Assembly: GCF_002310835.1 (NCBI RefSeq)
Contig: NZ_CP011042.1
Location: 510,001-542,000, forward strand
Length of the DNA: 32,000 nt
From: Pseudoalteromonas tetraodonis
GTDB lineage: Bacteria > Pseudomonadota > Gammaproteobacteria > Enterobacterales > Alteromonadaceae
Direction: 5' to 3'
The position numbers and the translations under genes were made by a program. Under the pieces are notes generated by a model that saw nothing but the letters and a program-made list of their open reading frames with translations, searched no databases and was not told where the DNA came from. Positions 1 to 9,065 of the stretch are shown one piece after another; position 1 is the first letter of the stretch, and the number at the start of each line of letters is the position of its first letter.

Positions 1-1
1 C

Positions 2-742
2 GGTAATATGGTGCCACTAGGCTCAGTATTAACGGTAACGCCTACTATTGGTCCTGATCGTGTAATGCATTACAACGGCTACCCTAGTGCAGAGCTTAAT
101 GGCAGCCCAGCGCCTGGTTATAGTTCTGATCAAGCGCAATTGGCGATTGAAGCTGTACTAGCTAAAACATTGCCTACTGGCATTGAATATGAGTGGACTG
201 AGGTAACGTACCAGCAAGTATTAGCAGGTAATACCATGGTGTATGTATTCCCTCTGGTTGTATTGCTGGTGTTTATGGTACTGGCTGCACAGTATGAAAG
301 CTTACGTTTACCACTGGCCATTATTTTAATTGTACCTATGACTATTTTCTCAGCGTTATTAGGGGTGTGGTTTGTAGGTTCAGACAACAACATATTTACC
401 CAAATAGCGTTGATTGTACTGGTCGCATTGGCTTCTAAAAATGCCATCCTTATGGTGGAATTTGCTAAAGATAAGCATGACACTGGGTTATCACACCTTG
501 AGGCGATGTTAGCGGCGTGTCGATTACGTTTACGCCCAATTTTAATGACATCAATTGCGTTTACCGCAGGTGTTATACCGCTTGTATTGGCAACCGGTGC
601 TGGGGCAGAAATGCGTCATGCCATGGGTAATGCGGTGTTCTCGGGTATGATTGGTGTAACTGTGTTTGGACTATTATTTACACCGGTGTTTTATATGCTG
701 GTGGTAAAAAAGCAGCGCGTTGAGGAGCCTTCGCATGACTAA
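2..742 (+). CDS. RND-family efflux permease (AcrB/MexB-like), C-terminal fragment; the 5' end lies outside the window
   Basis: The frame is open from the window edge. The translation shows the last transmembrane bundle typical of HAE1 RND pumps (LASKNAILMVEFA, LRLRPILMTSIAFTAGVIPLVLATGAGAE). Its stop overlaps the start of the next gene by 8 nt. Confidence 0.85.
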   Translation, partial: GNMVPLGSVLTVTPTIGPDRVMHYNGYPSAELNGSPAPGYSSDQAQLAIEAVLAKTLPTGIEYEWTEVTYQQVLAGNTMVYVFPLVVLLVFMVLAAQYESLRLPLAIILIVPMTIFSALLGVWFVGSDNNIFTQIALIVLVALASKNAILMVEFAKDKHDTGLSHLEAMLAACRLRLRPILMTSIAFTAGVIPLVLATGAGAEMRHAMGNAVFSGMIGVTVFGLLFTPVFYMLVVKKQRVEEPSHD

Positions 743-2147
743 ATTTAACTTAAGCGCTCTTAAATTATCGCCATGGTTGAGTTCTGCATTAGCGGTTGCT
801 GTGTTATCAGGTTGTGCGAGTAAAATTGACACAGCCGTTCATCAACAACAGATTAATGAGTTTGTTGCCAAGGCAATATCTGCAGAGCAGTTTATGGGTG
901 AAGATGAGCAAAACTGGTGGCACAAGCTGGGCTCAACGCAGCTAAACCAACTGGTGATCAACGCACTTGCTAATAATTACGACTTACAAACTAGTCAGCT
1001 GGTATTAAAAAGTGCTTTGGCGCGTATTGGCGAGCAACAAGCGCAATACTTACCGCAAGACGGTGTTGCGGTTGGTGCAAAGCGAAGCGGGCTAGGCGAT
1101 ACCAATAGCAGACAATCAAGTGCGAATGTAGCACTTGATTGGCAGCTCGACTTATTTGGTCGAATTACTGCGCTAGTCGATGCCGCGAATTCACAAGCAA
1201 TGAGCCAAGCTGAGCAAGTTAGGTTATTGCAAATTGAAGTGGTGTCGGCTGTGGTTAAAGGCTTTGTGAGTTATCAAGGTAATCTGCAAAAGCAGCAAAT
1301 TATTGAGATGCAAATAGAAGCGCTTGAACAAAGCATTCAAGTGCTACAGGCCCAAGTTGATGAAGGTGTGGCTAATGAGCTCGACTTAAACCGCACTATG
1401 GCGCAACTTAGGCAGCAGCAAGCCTTGGTGCCAGCAATTGAATATGCGAAGTACCGTGACTTATCTACTTTGGCCGTATTAAGCGCGCAAACTACGCAAT
1501 CACTGAGCATTAATGATGAACGTACTATATTAACTAAGGCATTTGCGGTGTCATTGGCAAAACCTAATGATGCAATAGCATTAAGGCCTGATATAAGTCG
1601 TGCTTTATTTGATTTTAGCCAAGCAAATAGCCTGAGTGTGGCAGCCAGCAAAGCTTTATTGCCGGATATTAGCTTAAGCGGCTTTGCAGGCGTGTTAAGT
1701 TTAGGGAGCAACGGTTTTAGTGATACCCAGCAACAATGGCAAGTAGCGCCGCAATTGCAGTGGTCATTATTAAGTTACCCTGCGCTTTTAGCACAACGCG
1801 ATGCGCAGCAGTTTTTAAGCCAAGCGGCGTATACCGATTACCAACAAGTGGTATTAAAAGCGATTAACGAGAGTGAACTTTCATTGCAATACTTGGTCAA
1901 TCAAGCACAGCAATCGCGCTTTGCTGATGAGCGTTATCAATTTGCTAATAATGCATTTTTACAAGCACAAGCAATGTACGAAGAAGGGCAAATTCCTTAC
2001 TTAGAGTTGTTAGATGCGCGTCAGGATGTTTTAATAGCGCAAGAAAATGCCGTTGATTCAACTATTTCATCGCTACTTGCTAAAGTAAATGCCTACCAGT
2101 CATTTAATGGGCGATGGAGTTACGCGTTAAGTAATACTAACAAGTAG
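735..2147 (+). CDS. Efflux outer-membrane factor lipoprotein (NodT/OprM family)
   Basis: Signal peptide with a lipobox (AVLSGC|AS). The length and coiled, Q/A-rich repeats are typical of OMF proteins. GAGGAG lies 7 nt upstream of ATG 735, so the TTG at 720 in the ORF track is probably not the start. The gene is translationally coupled to the RND gene. Confidence 0.8.
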   Translation: MTKFNLSALKLSPWLSSALAVAVLSGCASKIDTAVHQQQINEFVAKAISAEQFMGEDEQNWWHKLGSTQLNQLVINALANNYDLQTSQLVLKSALARIGEQQAQYLPQDGVAVGAKRSGLGDTNSRQSSANVALDWQLDLFGRITALVDAANSQAMSQAEQVRLLQIEVVSAVVKGFVSYQGNLQKQQIIEMQIEALEQSIQVLQAQVDEGVANELDLNRTMAQLRQQQALVPAIEYAKYRDLSTLAVLSAQTTQSLSINDERTILTKAFAVSLAKPNDAIALRPDISRALFDFSQANSLSVAASKALLPDISLSGFAGVLSLGSNGFSDTQQQWQVAPQLQWSLLSYPALLAQRDAQQFLSQAAYTDYQQVVLKAINESELSLQYLVNQAQQSRFADERYQFANNAFLQAQAMYEEGQIPYLELLDARQDVLIAQENAVDSTISSLLAKVNAYQSFNGRWSYALSNTNK

Positions 2148-2155
2148 AGTTTTTG

Positions 2156-3181
2156 ATGCCTAATACTGCAGATACAAACCCAAATACTATTCCTACATTA
2201 ATGCGCTCTATTGTGTTAAATGAGCCCAATGAGGATATTAACTTATCGGATACTCAGTTACCTGTGCCTCAGTGCACAGGTAATGAGCTATTAGTAAAAG
2301 TAGAGTACGTTGGTTTAAACCCGGTGGATGCACAATTTGCCAAGTCTGGCTTTTGTACGTGGCAATACCCGCATGTTTTAGGCTTGGATGCAGTGGGGAC
2401 AGTGGTTAAAGCGGGTAAAGGTATTTTCCCGGGGGTAGGGGAGCGTGTTATGTGGCACGCCAGCGTAGGTGAGCAAGGGGTACTGAGCGAATACGCAAAA
2501 GTGCCTAATTATGCGGTGTCTATTATTCCCAAGCAATTAGCCAGTGACAAAGCTGCAACTTTACCCTGCGCCGGAATGGCGGCATTGATCAGCTTAGATA
2601 AACTATCAGTAACTGAGGGCGATACACTTTTTGTTGAAGGTGGTGCTGGCGCTGTAGGGCAATTTGCTATTCAGTTTGCCAAGCAGCGCGGTGCAGATGT
2701 ATTTACCACCGCCTCTAAGCGCAATCATAAGTTAGTTAAGCAACTCGGCGCCGATGTGGTCTTTGATTACAACGATAAAGCCTTATGTGACAAAATTCGT
2801 CGAGAGTTAGGTCCACAAGGGTTTGACGCTGTTATTGATATTATGGGTGGGGAATCGACCATTCAAAATATCGAACTAATGCGTTTTTGTGGTCGTATTG
2901 CTTGTTTAAATCCACTCCCTAACTTCGAACAGCAGCTAATGTATCGGCGTGCGCCTAATATTAGTATTGTCTCCTTAGGAGGTGCGTGGCTAGCTAACAG
3001 CTTATGTGCGCAGCAGCGGATGAGTTTTATGGGTAATTTGTTGCTTGAAACGGTAGCAAATGGCGAGATAACTCCCCCAGAAGTTTTAGCTGTTGATTTT
3101 AATGCAAACGCTGTTTCGGCTGCACTAAATAACCAGTTAGCAGGTGGTTTTACTGGCAAACAGGTAGTTAAAATAAGTTAG
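2156..3181 (+). CDS. Medium-chain dehydrogenase/reductase, quinone-oxidoreductase-like
   Basis: GroES-like N-terminal region followed by a Rossmann motif (GGAGAVGQFAIQFAKQRGA). The length is about 340 aa. Start taken as ATG 2156. Confidence 0.7.
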   Translation: MPNTADTNPNTIPTLMRSIVLNEPNEDINLSDTQLPVPQCTGNELLVKVEYVGLNPVDAQFAKSGFCTWQYPHVLGLDAVGTVVKAGKGIFPGVGERVMWHASVGEQGVLSEYAKVPNYAVSIIPKQLASDKAATLPCAGMAALISLDKLSVTEGDTLFVEGGAGAVGQFAIQFAKQRGADVFTTASKRNHKLVKQLGADVVFDYNDKALCDKIRRELGPQGFDAVIDIMGGESTIQNIELMRFCGRIACLNPLPNFEQQLMYRRAPNISIVSLGGAWLANSLCAQQRMSFMGNLLLETVANGEITPPEVLAVDFNANAVSAALNNQLAGGFTGKQVVKIS

Positions 3182-3204
3182 ACTCGATTTAATCTCTCGC
3201 TTTT

Positions 3205-3239
3205 AAAAAACGCAGCCTAATTTTAGGCTGCGTTTTTTT
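3205..3239 (+). terminator. Rho-independent terminator
   Basis: aaaaaacgcagcctaa/ttaggctgcgttttttt: a perfect GC-containing stem followed by a T-run. Confidence 0.8.
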
Positions 3240-3452
3240 GTTTCTACTTTATTACCAAATCCGTATTTGCGGCGCCAACAACCAGAATTATTAAATTTTT
3301 AACAAAAAAAATAACAATTCAGCGTACAGATGTAAGCCTTTTATTTCAACAGTTTACGTTCAGGTAAAGAAAATAAATTGCAAAAACTGTTAATTAATTG
3401 AATAGAGTAATTGATCTAAAGCGATTTTTATGACGTAATGTAGGTATTATTT

Positions 3453-3469
3453 ATCTGGTCGGATGAGTT
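3453..3469 (+). promoter_or_regulatory. Candidate FadR operator immediately upstream of fadE
   Basis: ATCTGGTCGGATGAGTT resembles the enterobacterial FadR consensus as I recall it (AnCTGGTCnGAnnTGTT). It sits 4 nt before ATG 3474. Confidence 0.35.
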
Positions 3470-3473
3470 CGTT

Positions 3474-5729
3474 ATGAGTTTACGTACAAAATTAAAAAAA
3501 GTATTACCAAGCATTTCAGTTACTGAGCAAGAAGCGCTAGACGCTGGCGATGTATGGCTAGAAGGGTCTATCTATCGAGGTAAACCAGATTTCAGCGCGC
3601 TACGCGATGTACCTGCGGCTAAATTAACCGCAGACGAGCAAGCGTTCTTAGATGGCCCAGTACAAGAATTACTTGGCATGATTGACGATTCAGTCATTCA
3701 AAATGGTATTCATTTACCAAACGACATTTTAGAGTTTTTGAAAAAAGAGCGTTTCTTCTCGCTGATCATCCCTAAATCGTTTGGCGGTTTAGAGTTCAGC
3801 CCATACGCTAACTCAACAATTGTAGGTACAATTGCTACTAAAAGCTCAGCGGTTGCGGTAACCGTAATGGTACCAAACTCGTTAGGCCCGGGTGAGTTAC
3901 TTCTTCACTTTGGTACAGAGGAGCAACAGGCACACTACTTACCACGTCTTGCAAATGGTACAGACATTCCATGTTTTGCACTAACCAGCCCAGAAGCAGG
4001 CTCTGATGCAGGCGGTATTCCAGATGTAGGTACTGTAACTAAAGGTATGTACAACGGTGAAGAAGTACTCGGCTTAGAAATCACATGGGACAAACGCTAC
4101 ATTACACTCGCGCCAATTGCTACTGTACTTGGTTTAGCGTTTAAAGTGGTTGACCCTGATGGTCTACTAGGTGGTAAAGAAAACCTAGGTATTACCTGTG
4201 CACTTATTCCAAAAGAGCACCCTGGTGTAGAACTTGGTAACCGTCATGATCCTATGGGTATCCGTTTTTACAACGGTACTACACGTGGTAACAAAGTATT
4301 TGTACCAATGGACTTTATTATCGGTGGTCAGAAAAACATCGGTCGCGGTTGGCAAATGCTAGTTAGCTGTTTAGGCGCAGGTCGTGGTATTTCATTACCA
4401 GCATTAGGTGTAAGTACAGCACAAGTTGCATTTAAATCAGCTTCTGAGTACGCAGCAGTGCGTGAACAGTTTGGTTTATCAATTGGTCAATTTGAAGGTA
4501 TTCAAGAAAAGCTAGCTGACATTGCAGGTAAAACATACCTACAAGAAGCAATGCGTGTACTGACAACTGAAGGCTTAGGCATGGGCTTAAAACCATCGGT
4601 AGTGACTGCAATTGCTAAATACCATATGACAGAGCTTGGCCGTGATGTGCTTGACTCAGCAATGGATATTCAAGCGGGTAAAGCGATTCAGAATGGTCCT
4701 CAAAACACGCTTGCTAGTGGTTATGTGGCGCAGCCAATTGCCATTACGGTAGAGGGCGCAAACATTCTGACTCGTAACCTGATGATCTTTGGTCAAGGTG
4801 TTATGCGTTGTCACCCATACTTACAATCTATGGTTGAGTCTATCCACAGCGATGACAAAAACGCAGATGCAGAATTTAATGGTATTTTACGTAAAACAAT
4901 TGGCTACAGTACAGCAAATAGCTTACGTGCATTCCGTTTAGGTGTATTACCGTTTACTGCTGGTGCAAACTCGGCATTACCAGAAGTACGTGACTACGAA
5001 AAAGCAGTGCATAAACTATCAGCTAAATTAGCTGTATATGCTGACTTTTCGTTACTAGTACTTGGCGGTAAATTAAAGCAAGCTGAGATGCTTTCAGCAC
5101 GCTTAGGCGATGTAATGAGCTTCTTATATGCAGCTATGGCATCTATTAAGTATTACGAGCAAAAAGTAGCAAGTAGTGAGCGCGAGCAAGCGGCTCCTTA
5201 CTTCCATTATGCGACTCGTTTTGCATTACAAAGTGCTGAAGAAGCATTGCACAAGTTTTTAGATAACTTCCCTGCAAGTGGTACTCGTAAGTTCATTCGT
5301 TTCATTACCATGAACTACTCAACTAAAATGCCAAAAATCAGCGATGATTTAATTCGTGAATTAGCGAAACAAGCTCAGCTTGATACAGCATTTAAAGCGC
5401 AAATTACCCATTTAGTTAAGCCAATTGAAGGTGATGGTCATCACATCAACGAGCAAGCTTACAAAGCTAAAATGGCGTCACTTGAGTTATTAGCAAAAGT
5501 GAAAAAAGCGCTACGTGCTAAAACCTTTAAGCCGGGTACGCGTTTTTCAATCACACTTGAAAATGCACTTGCTGCAAAAGTAATTAACGACGCTGAATTT
5601 GTTCAGTTAAGTGATTATAACAAAAAGCGTGAAAAAGCGATTCGTGTTGATGAGTTCGACTTCGATATGAACATCCTAGACGACAACGCACAGCCAGTTA
5701 ATCCGCTTAAAAGCGTGGTTAACCAATAA
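3474..5729 (+). CDS. fadE: Large acyl-CoA dehydrogenase (FadE type)
   Basis: 751 aa. It has an acyl-CoA dehydrogenase core (ALTSPEAGSDAG, ITVEGANILTRNL, RCHPY) plus the long C-terminal extension characteristic of FadE-type enzymes. Confidence 0.85.
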   Translation: MSLRTKLKKVLPSISVTEQEALDAGDVWLEGSIYRGKPDFSALRDVPAAKLTADEQAFLDGPVQELLGMIDDSVIQNGIHLPNDILEFLKKERFFSLIIPKSFGGLEFSPYANSTIVGTIATKSSAVAVTVMVPNSLGPGELLLHFGTEEQQAHYLPRLANGTDIPCFALTSPEAGSDAGGIPDVGTVTKGMYNGEEVLGLEITWDKRYITLAPIATVLGLAFKVVDPDGLLGGKENLGITCALIPKEHPGVELGNRHDPMGIRFYNGTTRGNKVFVPMDFIIGGQKNIGRGWQMLVSCLGAGRGISLPALGVSTAQVAFKSASEYAAVREQFGLSIGQFEGIQEKLADIAGKTYLQEAMRVLTTEGLGMGLKPSVVTAIAKYHMTELGRDVLDSAMDIQAGKAIQNGPQNTLASGYVAQPIAITVEGANILTRNLMIFGQGVMRCHPYLQSMVESIHSDDKNADAEFNGILRKTIGYSTANSLRAFRLGVLPFTAGANSALPEVRDYEKAVHKLSAKLAVYADFSLLVLGGKLKQAEMLSARLGDVMSFLYAAMASIKYYEQKVASSEREQAAPYFHYATRFALQSAEEALHKFLDNFPASGTRKFIRFITMNYSTKMPKISDDLIRELAKQAQLDTAFKAQITHLVKPIEGDGHHINEQAYKAKMASLELLAKVKKALRAKTFKPGTRFSITLENALAAKVINDAEFVQLSDYNKKREKAIRVDEFDFDMNILDDNAQPVNPLKSVVNQ

Positions 5730-5743
5730 AATTCAATAATGCA

Positions 5744-5769
5744 AAGCGCCTGCAGTTTAGGCGCTTTTA
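5744..5769 (+). terminator. Rho-independent terminator of fadE; a second hairpin with a T-run follows at about 5790-5827
   Basis: aaagcgcc-tgcagttt-aggcgctttt. The second structure is cctgcttga/tcaagcgggg followed by cttttttat. Confidence 0.7.
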
Positions 5770-6052
5770 TTGATACAAAATTAGTGTGGAGTCCTGCTTG
5801 AGTAACATCAAGCGGGGCTTTTTTATGGGGGTGATTTAAGCTCATAACTAATGACGACTAATTTGATGGTACAGAACATTATTAAACGTTGTTTTAGTGT
5901 ATTTTAACAATGGGTGGTAAATAAGCTACGTAATTACTTGTTTACATTAGAGTTGTTTAGTGGAATTATTGAGCGTATATAATATACGCTGTTTTGAGGG
6001 TTATAACCCCCAAAGTGGTGTTTAATAAGCTGTTATGTTTTAGGGAAAAATT

Positions 6053-6370
6053 ATGATTTATACGACAACGGAAACTGTTCCTGGTAAGGAAATCGAAGCT
6101 GTATTGGGCATAGTTAATGGCAACATGGTTCAGTCTAAACATGTTGGTCGAGATATCATGGCTGGTTTAAAAGGAATAGTGGGCGGCGAACTCAAAGGCT
6201 ATACCGAGATGTTGATGGAAGCTCGAAATGTAGCGTTAGAACGATTAATAGAAGATGCAAAAAAGTTAAATGCCGATGCAATAGTAGGAATACGATTTAC
6301 AACTAGCTCAGTTACTGATGGGGCATCAGAAATATTAGTGTTTGGCACAGCCGTTAAACTTCGAACATAA
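6053..6370 (+). CDS. ybjQ: YbjQ/UPF0145-family protein (tentative cassette 1)
   Basis: 105 aa. It is collinear with the YbjQ family (TTETVPGKEI, IMAGLKGIVGGELKGYTEML, ADAIVGIRF, FGTAVKL). Confidence 0.8.
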   Translation: MIYTTTETVPGKEIEAVLGIVNGNMVQSKHVGRDIMAGLKGIVGGELKGYTEMLMEARNVALERLIEDAKKLNADAIVGIRFTTSSVTDGASEILVFGTAVKLRT

Positions 6371-6468
6371 CAAACAATTTAAGCAGATTCGAAACGCTTG
6401 GCATTTTTGGTGTTTTCTTCCAAAGCCAAGAAATGAGGACGCTTTCCTCTTTTCTGCACTGTATTAAA
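6368..6468 (+). repeat. attC-like site A with a degenerate 3' core
   Basis: It starts TAACAAACAATTTAAGCAG on the ybjQ stop codon. Its 5' half is nearly identical to that of site H (AACAAACACATTAAGCAG...GTTGGC), with an internal cttggc/gccaag stem. The 3' end is unclear: either GTATTAA near 6462 or GTTAAAA at 6517-6523. Confidence 0.45.
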
Positions 6469-6610
6469 AGAACACCCTGACTAAAAGTTTAAAGTTGGCA
6501 ATGTGTTAACTTATTTGTTAAAAAGAAATTAATAAATATATTAGTGGGGCGCTGGCAGAGATATGCGCGATGAGCACACTATAAAATTGTTATGCGCAAA
6601 TGGAGTCTGC

Positions 6611-7315
6611 ATGAGTAAAATAATCAAACTATCAGCATTAGTGCTGATCATATTTATTGCTTTATGGCAGCTGAGTAAGAATGAAAAATTTCAATTTTTT
6701 GGTAACCTTATAGATCGAGTAGAAACAACTGAAAAAGTAGTCGCATTAACTTTTGATGATGGTCCGACTAGACTTAAAACAAAAGAATTTCTCCAAATCC
6801 TAGATGAATCAGAAATTAAAGCTACATTTTACCTAGTCGGCAAAGCTATAGAAGAAAACATTCAAGAAACAAAAAATATCATTGATAAAGGTCATGAAGT
6901 TGGAAACCATTCATATACTCATCAACGAATGGTTTTGAAAAGTTATAACTTTGTTGCAGATGATCTAGAAAAAACTAATGAGTTAATTACAGAGGCAGGT
7001 TATAAAGGTGAAATACATTTTAGACCACCTTATGGTAAAAAATTGTTTTCGCTACCTTATTATCTAAATAATAATAATATAACTACCGTTACGTGGGATG
7101 TGGAGCCTGAAACTTATTTAGATAAAAATGCTAGTGCAAGTGATATATCCGATTACGTTGTCCAAAATACTAAGCCAGGGTCAATTATTCTTTTACATGT
7201 AATGTTTAAATCTAGAGGTAATTCAATGGCTGCGGTACCTTTAATTGTTCAGCAGTTAAAAGATAAAGGTTATCGCTTTGTTACAGTATCTGAATTAATA
7301 GGCAGTAGCGCATAA
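6611..7315 (+). CDS. Polysaccharide deacetylase (NodB homology domain) with an N-terminal membrane anchor (cassette 2)
   Basis: NodB motifs are present (TFDDGP, GHEVGNHSYTH, RPPYG, ILLHV). AAATGGAGT lies 6 nt upstream of ATG 6611. The track start at 6563 has no RBS. Confidence 0.8.
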   Translation: MSKIIKLSALVLIIFIALWQLSKNEKFQFFGNLIDRVETTEKVVALTFDDGPTRLKTKEFLQILDESEIKATFYLVGKAIEENIQETKNIIDKGHEVGNHSYTHQRMVLKSYNFVADDLEKTNELITEAGYKGEIHFRPPYGKKLFSLPYYLNNNNITTVTWDVEPETYLDKNASASDISDYVVQNTKPGSIILLHVMFKSRGNSMAAVPLIVQQLKDKGYRFVTVSELIGSSA

Positions 7316-7412
7316 CAAGGTGCTTAAAAGGACTAAAACAGTTTGCTCGTTTTTTGCAAAGTACCGCAAAAAAGCCAGCCAACCATTTTAGCCTCTTAGC
7401 AAAGCGTTAGGG
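7313..7412 (+). repeat. attC site B
   Basis: TAACAAGGTGCTTAAAAGGACTAAAA pairs, with bulges, to TTTTAGCCTCTTAGCAAAGCGTTAGGG. The TAA of the 5' core is the stop codon. The 3' core is GTTAGGG. Confidence 0.75.
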
Positions 7413-7427
7413 TTACAAGGAGTTTCG

Positions 7428-7798
7428 GTGAAATATATAGCGTTCTTATTTGTTTTTACTTTGGTTGGTTGTGTGTCAACACCACCCAAAGCTATAAATG
7501 AATTTTATAACGGGAAATATCTTCGATAATTCCAATACCTACTGTTAATGCTGCCATTAAAGTAAGCCAATCTTCTTATGTTGAATATAATATTTTGCCC
7601 AATGGCACAAGACAACTTGCACTAGTAGGTGAAGCAGGTTGGAATCGGTTCTATCAACAGCTAATCGAGATAAAACCAACAAACGACAATTCTACATTGG
7701 TACAAGTCTATGAAATCAGCTCGGCTTGGAAAAAACACACGAGTAGAATAGTTGGTTGGCTTAACGGTAAGGAAGCTGAAGGTTGTGGTGTTTGGTAA
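7428..7798 (+). pseudogene. Frameshifted small lipoprotein gene (cassette 3)
   Basis: AAGGAG then GTG 7428 gives VKYIAFLFVFTLVGC|VSTPP (a lipobox) and terminates at 7527-7529. A second frame is open from 7511 to 7798. The two frames overlap by 19 nt around GGGAAA, so a single indel would fuse them into a protein of about 123 aa. Confidence 0.6.
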
Positions 7799-7801
7799 CC
7801 C

Positions 7802-7900
7802 TAACAAGGCAATTATGGGTGGGACGTCTAAAGCTTGGCTGGCGCTCATTCTTCGCTAATTTTAGCCAAGCTTCATACGCTCCATATTGCGGCGTTAGGT
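7802..7900 (+). repeat. attC site C
   Basis: TAACAAGGCAATTATGGGTGGGACG pairs with CGCTCCATATTGCGGCGTTAGGT. The inner stem is aagcttggct/agccaagctt. Confidence 0.8.
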
Positions 7901-7903
7901 GCT

Positions 7904-8344
7904 ATGTCGGTTAAATTTGCTTTGCCTCATTTTTTAGAAGGGATTCAGACGCAGGAAACATATTTAAAGTGGCTGACTCGTAAGGCAGTTGCACACATAA
8001 AAAGAGATCGAAATAGAGGGAACGTAGTCGCAACCACATCAAGTTATAAAGTGGCAATTCATGAAGCGGTTTGTGAATCCGGTGGTTTTGATTTTTACAC
8101 TGGTGAAAAACTAGATTGGACGTTGCTTAGTCAATATAACAACGATGATTCTAAAAAACTCAAACGAGAGTATAAAAAGCGGTTTGCTCTTTTACCTTCT
8201 GTAGATCATGTGGACGACGGACTATCTCATGCAAATTTTAAAATTTGTGGTTGGCGTACAAATGATTGTAAAAACGACTTAAGCCACGAAGAACTCGTCG
8301 ATGTTTGCAAAAAGATCATAAGGCATTATGAAAAACGCACCTAA
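7904..8344 (+). CDS. Hypothetical protein with a possible degenerate HNH/His-Me-finger motif (cassette 4)
   Basis: The track ORF starts at 7835, inside attC C. The first ATG after the GTTAGGT core is 7904. The C-terminal half reads YTGEKL...LPSVDHVDDG...ICGWRTNDCKND, with D-H...N...N spacing like an HNH core but without the Zn cysteines. Confidence 0.5.
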   Translation: MSVKFALPHFLEGIQTQETYLKWLTRKAVAHIKRDRNRGNVVATTSSYKVAIHEAVCESGGFDFYTGEKLDWTLLSQYNNDDSKKLKREYKKRFALLPSVDHVDDGLSHANFKICGWRTNDCKNDLSHEELVDVCKKIIRHYEKRT

Positions 8345-8429
8345 CAAAATAATTATGTGGGACACAAACACGCAGGCTCTGCTTCGCAGTTTAGCCTACG
8401 TGTTTGTGCCCCATATTTAGAAGTTAGCT
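8342..8429 (+). repeat. attC site D
   Basis: TAACAAAATAATTATGTGGGACACAAACACG pairs with CGTGTTTGTGCCCCATATTTAGAAGTTAGCT. The TAA is the stop codon. Confidence 0.8.
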
Positions 8430-8451
8430 ATTCAAGGAAATTTAGCATTCA

Positions 8452-8964
8452 ATGAAAAACTTTATTTTAATCATCTTAGTAAGCTTAATTGCGGGTTGTG
8501 CTGCAAACATTAAGCAATCAGTAAAAACATCGAACATGCAGCAAGGAGCCATACCAAATAGTATATCAGTAGCTATATCCTCATCTAATTCAATCTCTAA
8601 AAGTAGAGATTTAACTAAAAGTATCACTGAACTTAATACATTAATAACTACAGATTACAAAGGTAATTTGATACCAAGCAACTCATCTAATCAGGCTGAT
8701 ATCTCCGTGGAAATAACAATAGAGCATTTTCGTTATGTTTCAGGGTTTGGTCGATTTATGGCTGGTGTAATGGTAGGTGATGCCGAATTGATGCTAAACG
8801 TTAAGCTCGTAGACCTATCCACAAACCAAATAGTTAGTGAATCGCAGCTAGACACTCGTTCAGAGTTTAGTGAAGGAATATTCGGTGCTACAACTTCTAG
8901 ACAGTTAGAAGCTATGTCTAAAAAGATAGTTGATATCATCAATTCAAGTGCAAAGAATAGCTAA
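8452..8964 (+). CDS. Lipoprotein, DUF4410-like (cassette 5)
   Basis: Lipobox LIAGC|A. The central YVSGFGRFMAGVMVGDAEL...VKLVD segment resembles the DUF4410 lipoprotein family as I remember it. Confidence 0.55.
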   Translation: MKNFILIILVSLIAGCAANIKQSVKTSNMQQGAIPNSISVAISSSNSISKSRDLTKSITELNTLITTDYKGNLIPSNSSNQADISVEITIEHFRYVSGFGRFMAGVMVGDAELMLNVKLVDLSTNQIVSESQLDTRSEFSEGIFGATTSRQLEAMSKKIVDIINSSAKNS

Positions 8965-9047
8965 CAAGCAATCAGGCAGGGACAAATGCTAGTTGGCCAA
9001 ACAACGGCCAAAACGCTCCCATGAGCACCTGTTGTAAGGTGTTATAT
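8962..9047 (+). repeat. attC site E with an imperfect 3' core
   Basis: TAACAAGCAATCAGGCAGGGAC pairs with CGCTCCCATGAGCACCTGTTGTAAGGTGTTAT. The 3' half aligns with site C, but the GTT core is interrupted. Confidence 0.6.
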
Positions 9048-9065
9048 GAAATTAGGAGAGAATTT

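Noticed and set aside
7835-7903. The longer start for the 169-aa ORF given in the track
   Set aside because: The first 23 codons lie entirely within attC site C, so they are recombination-site sequence. The first ATG after the GTTAGGT core (7904) is used instead.
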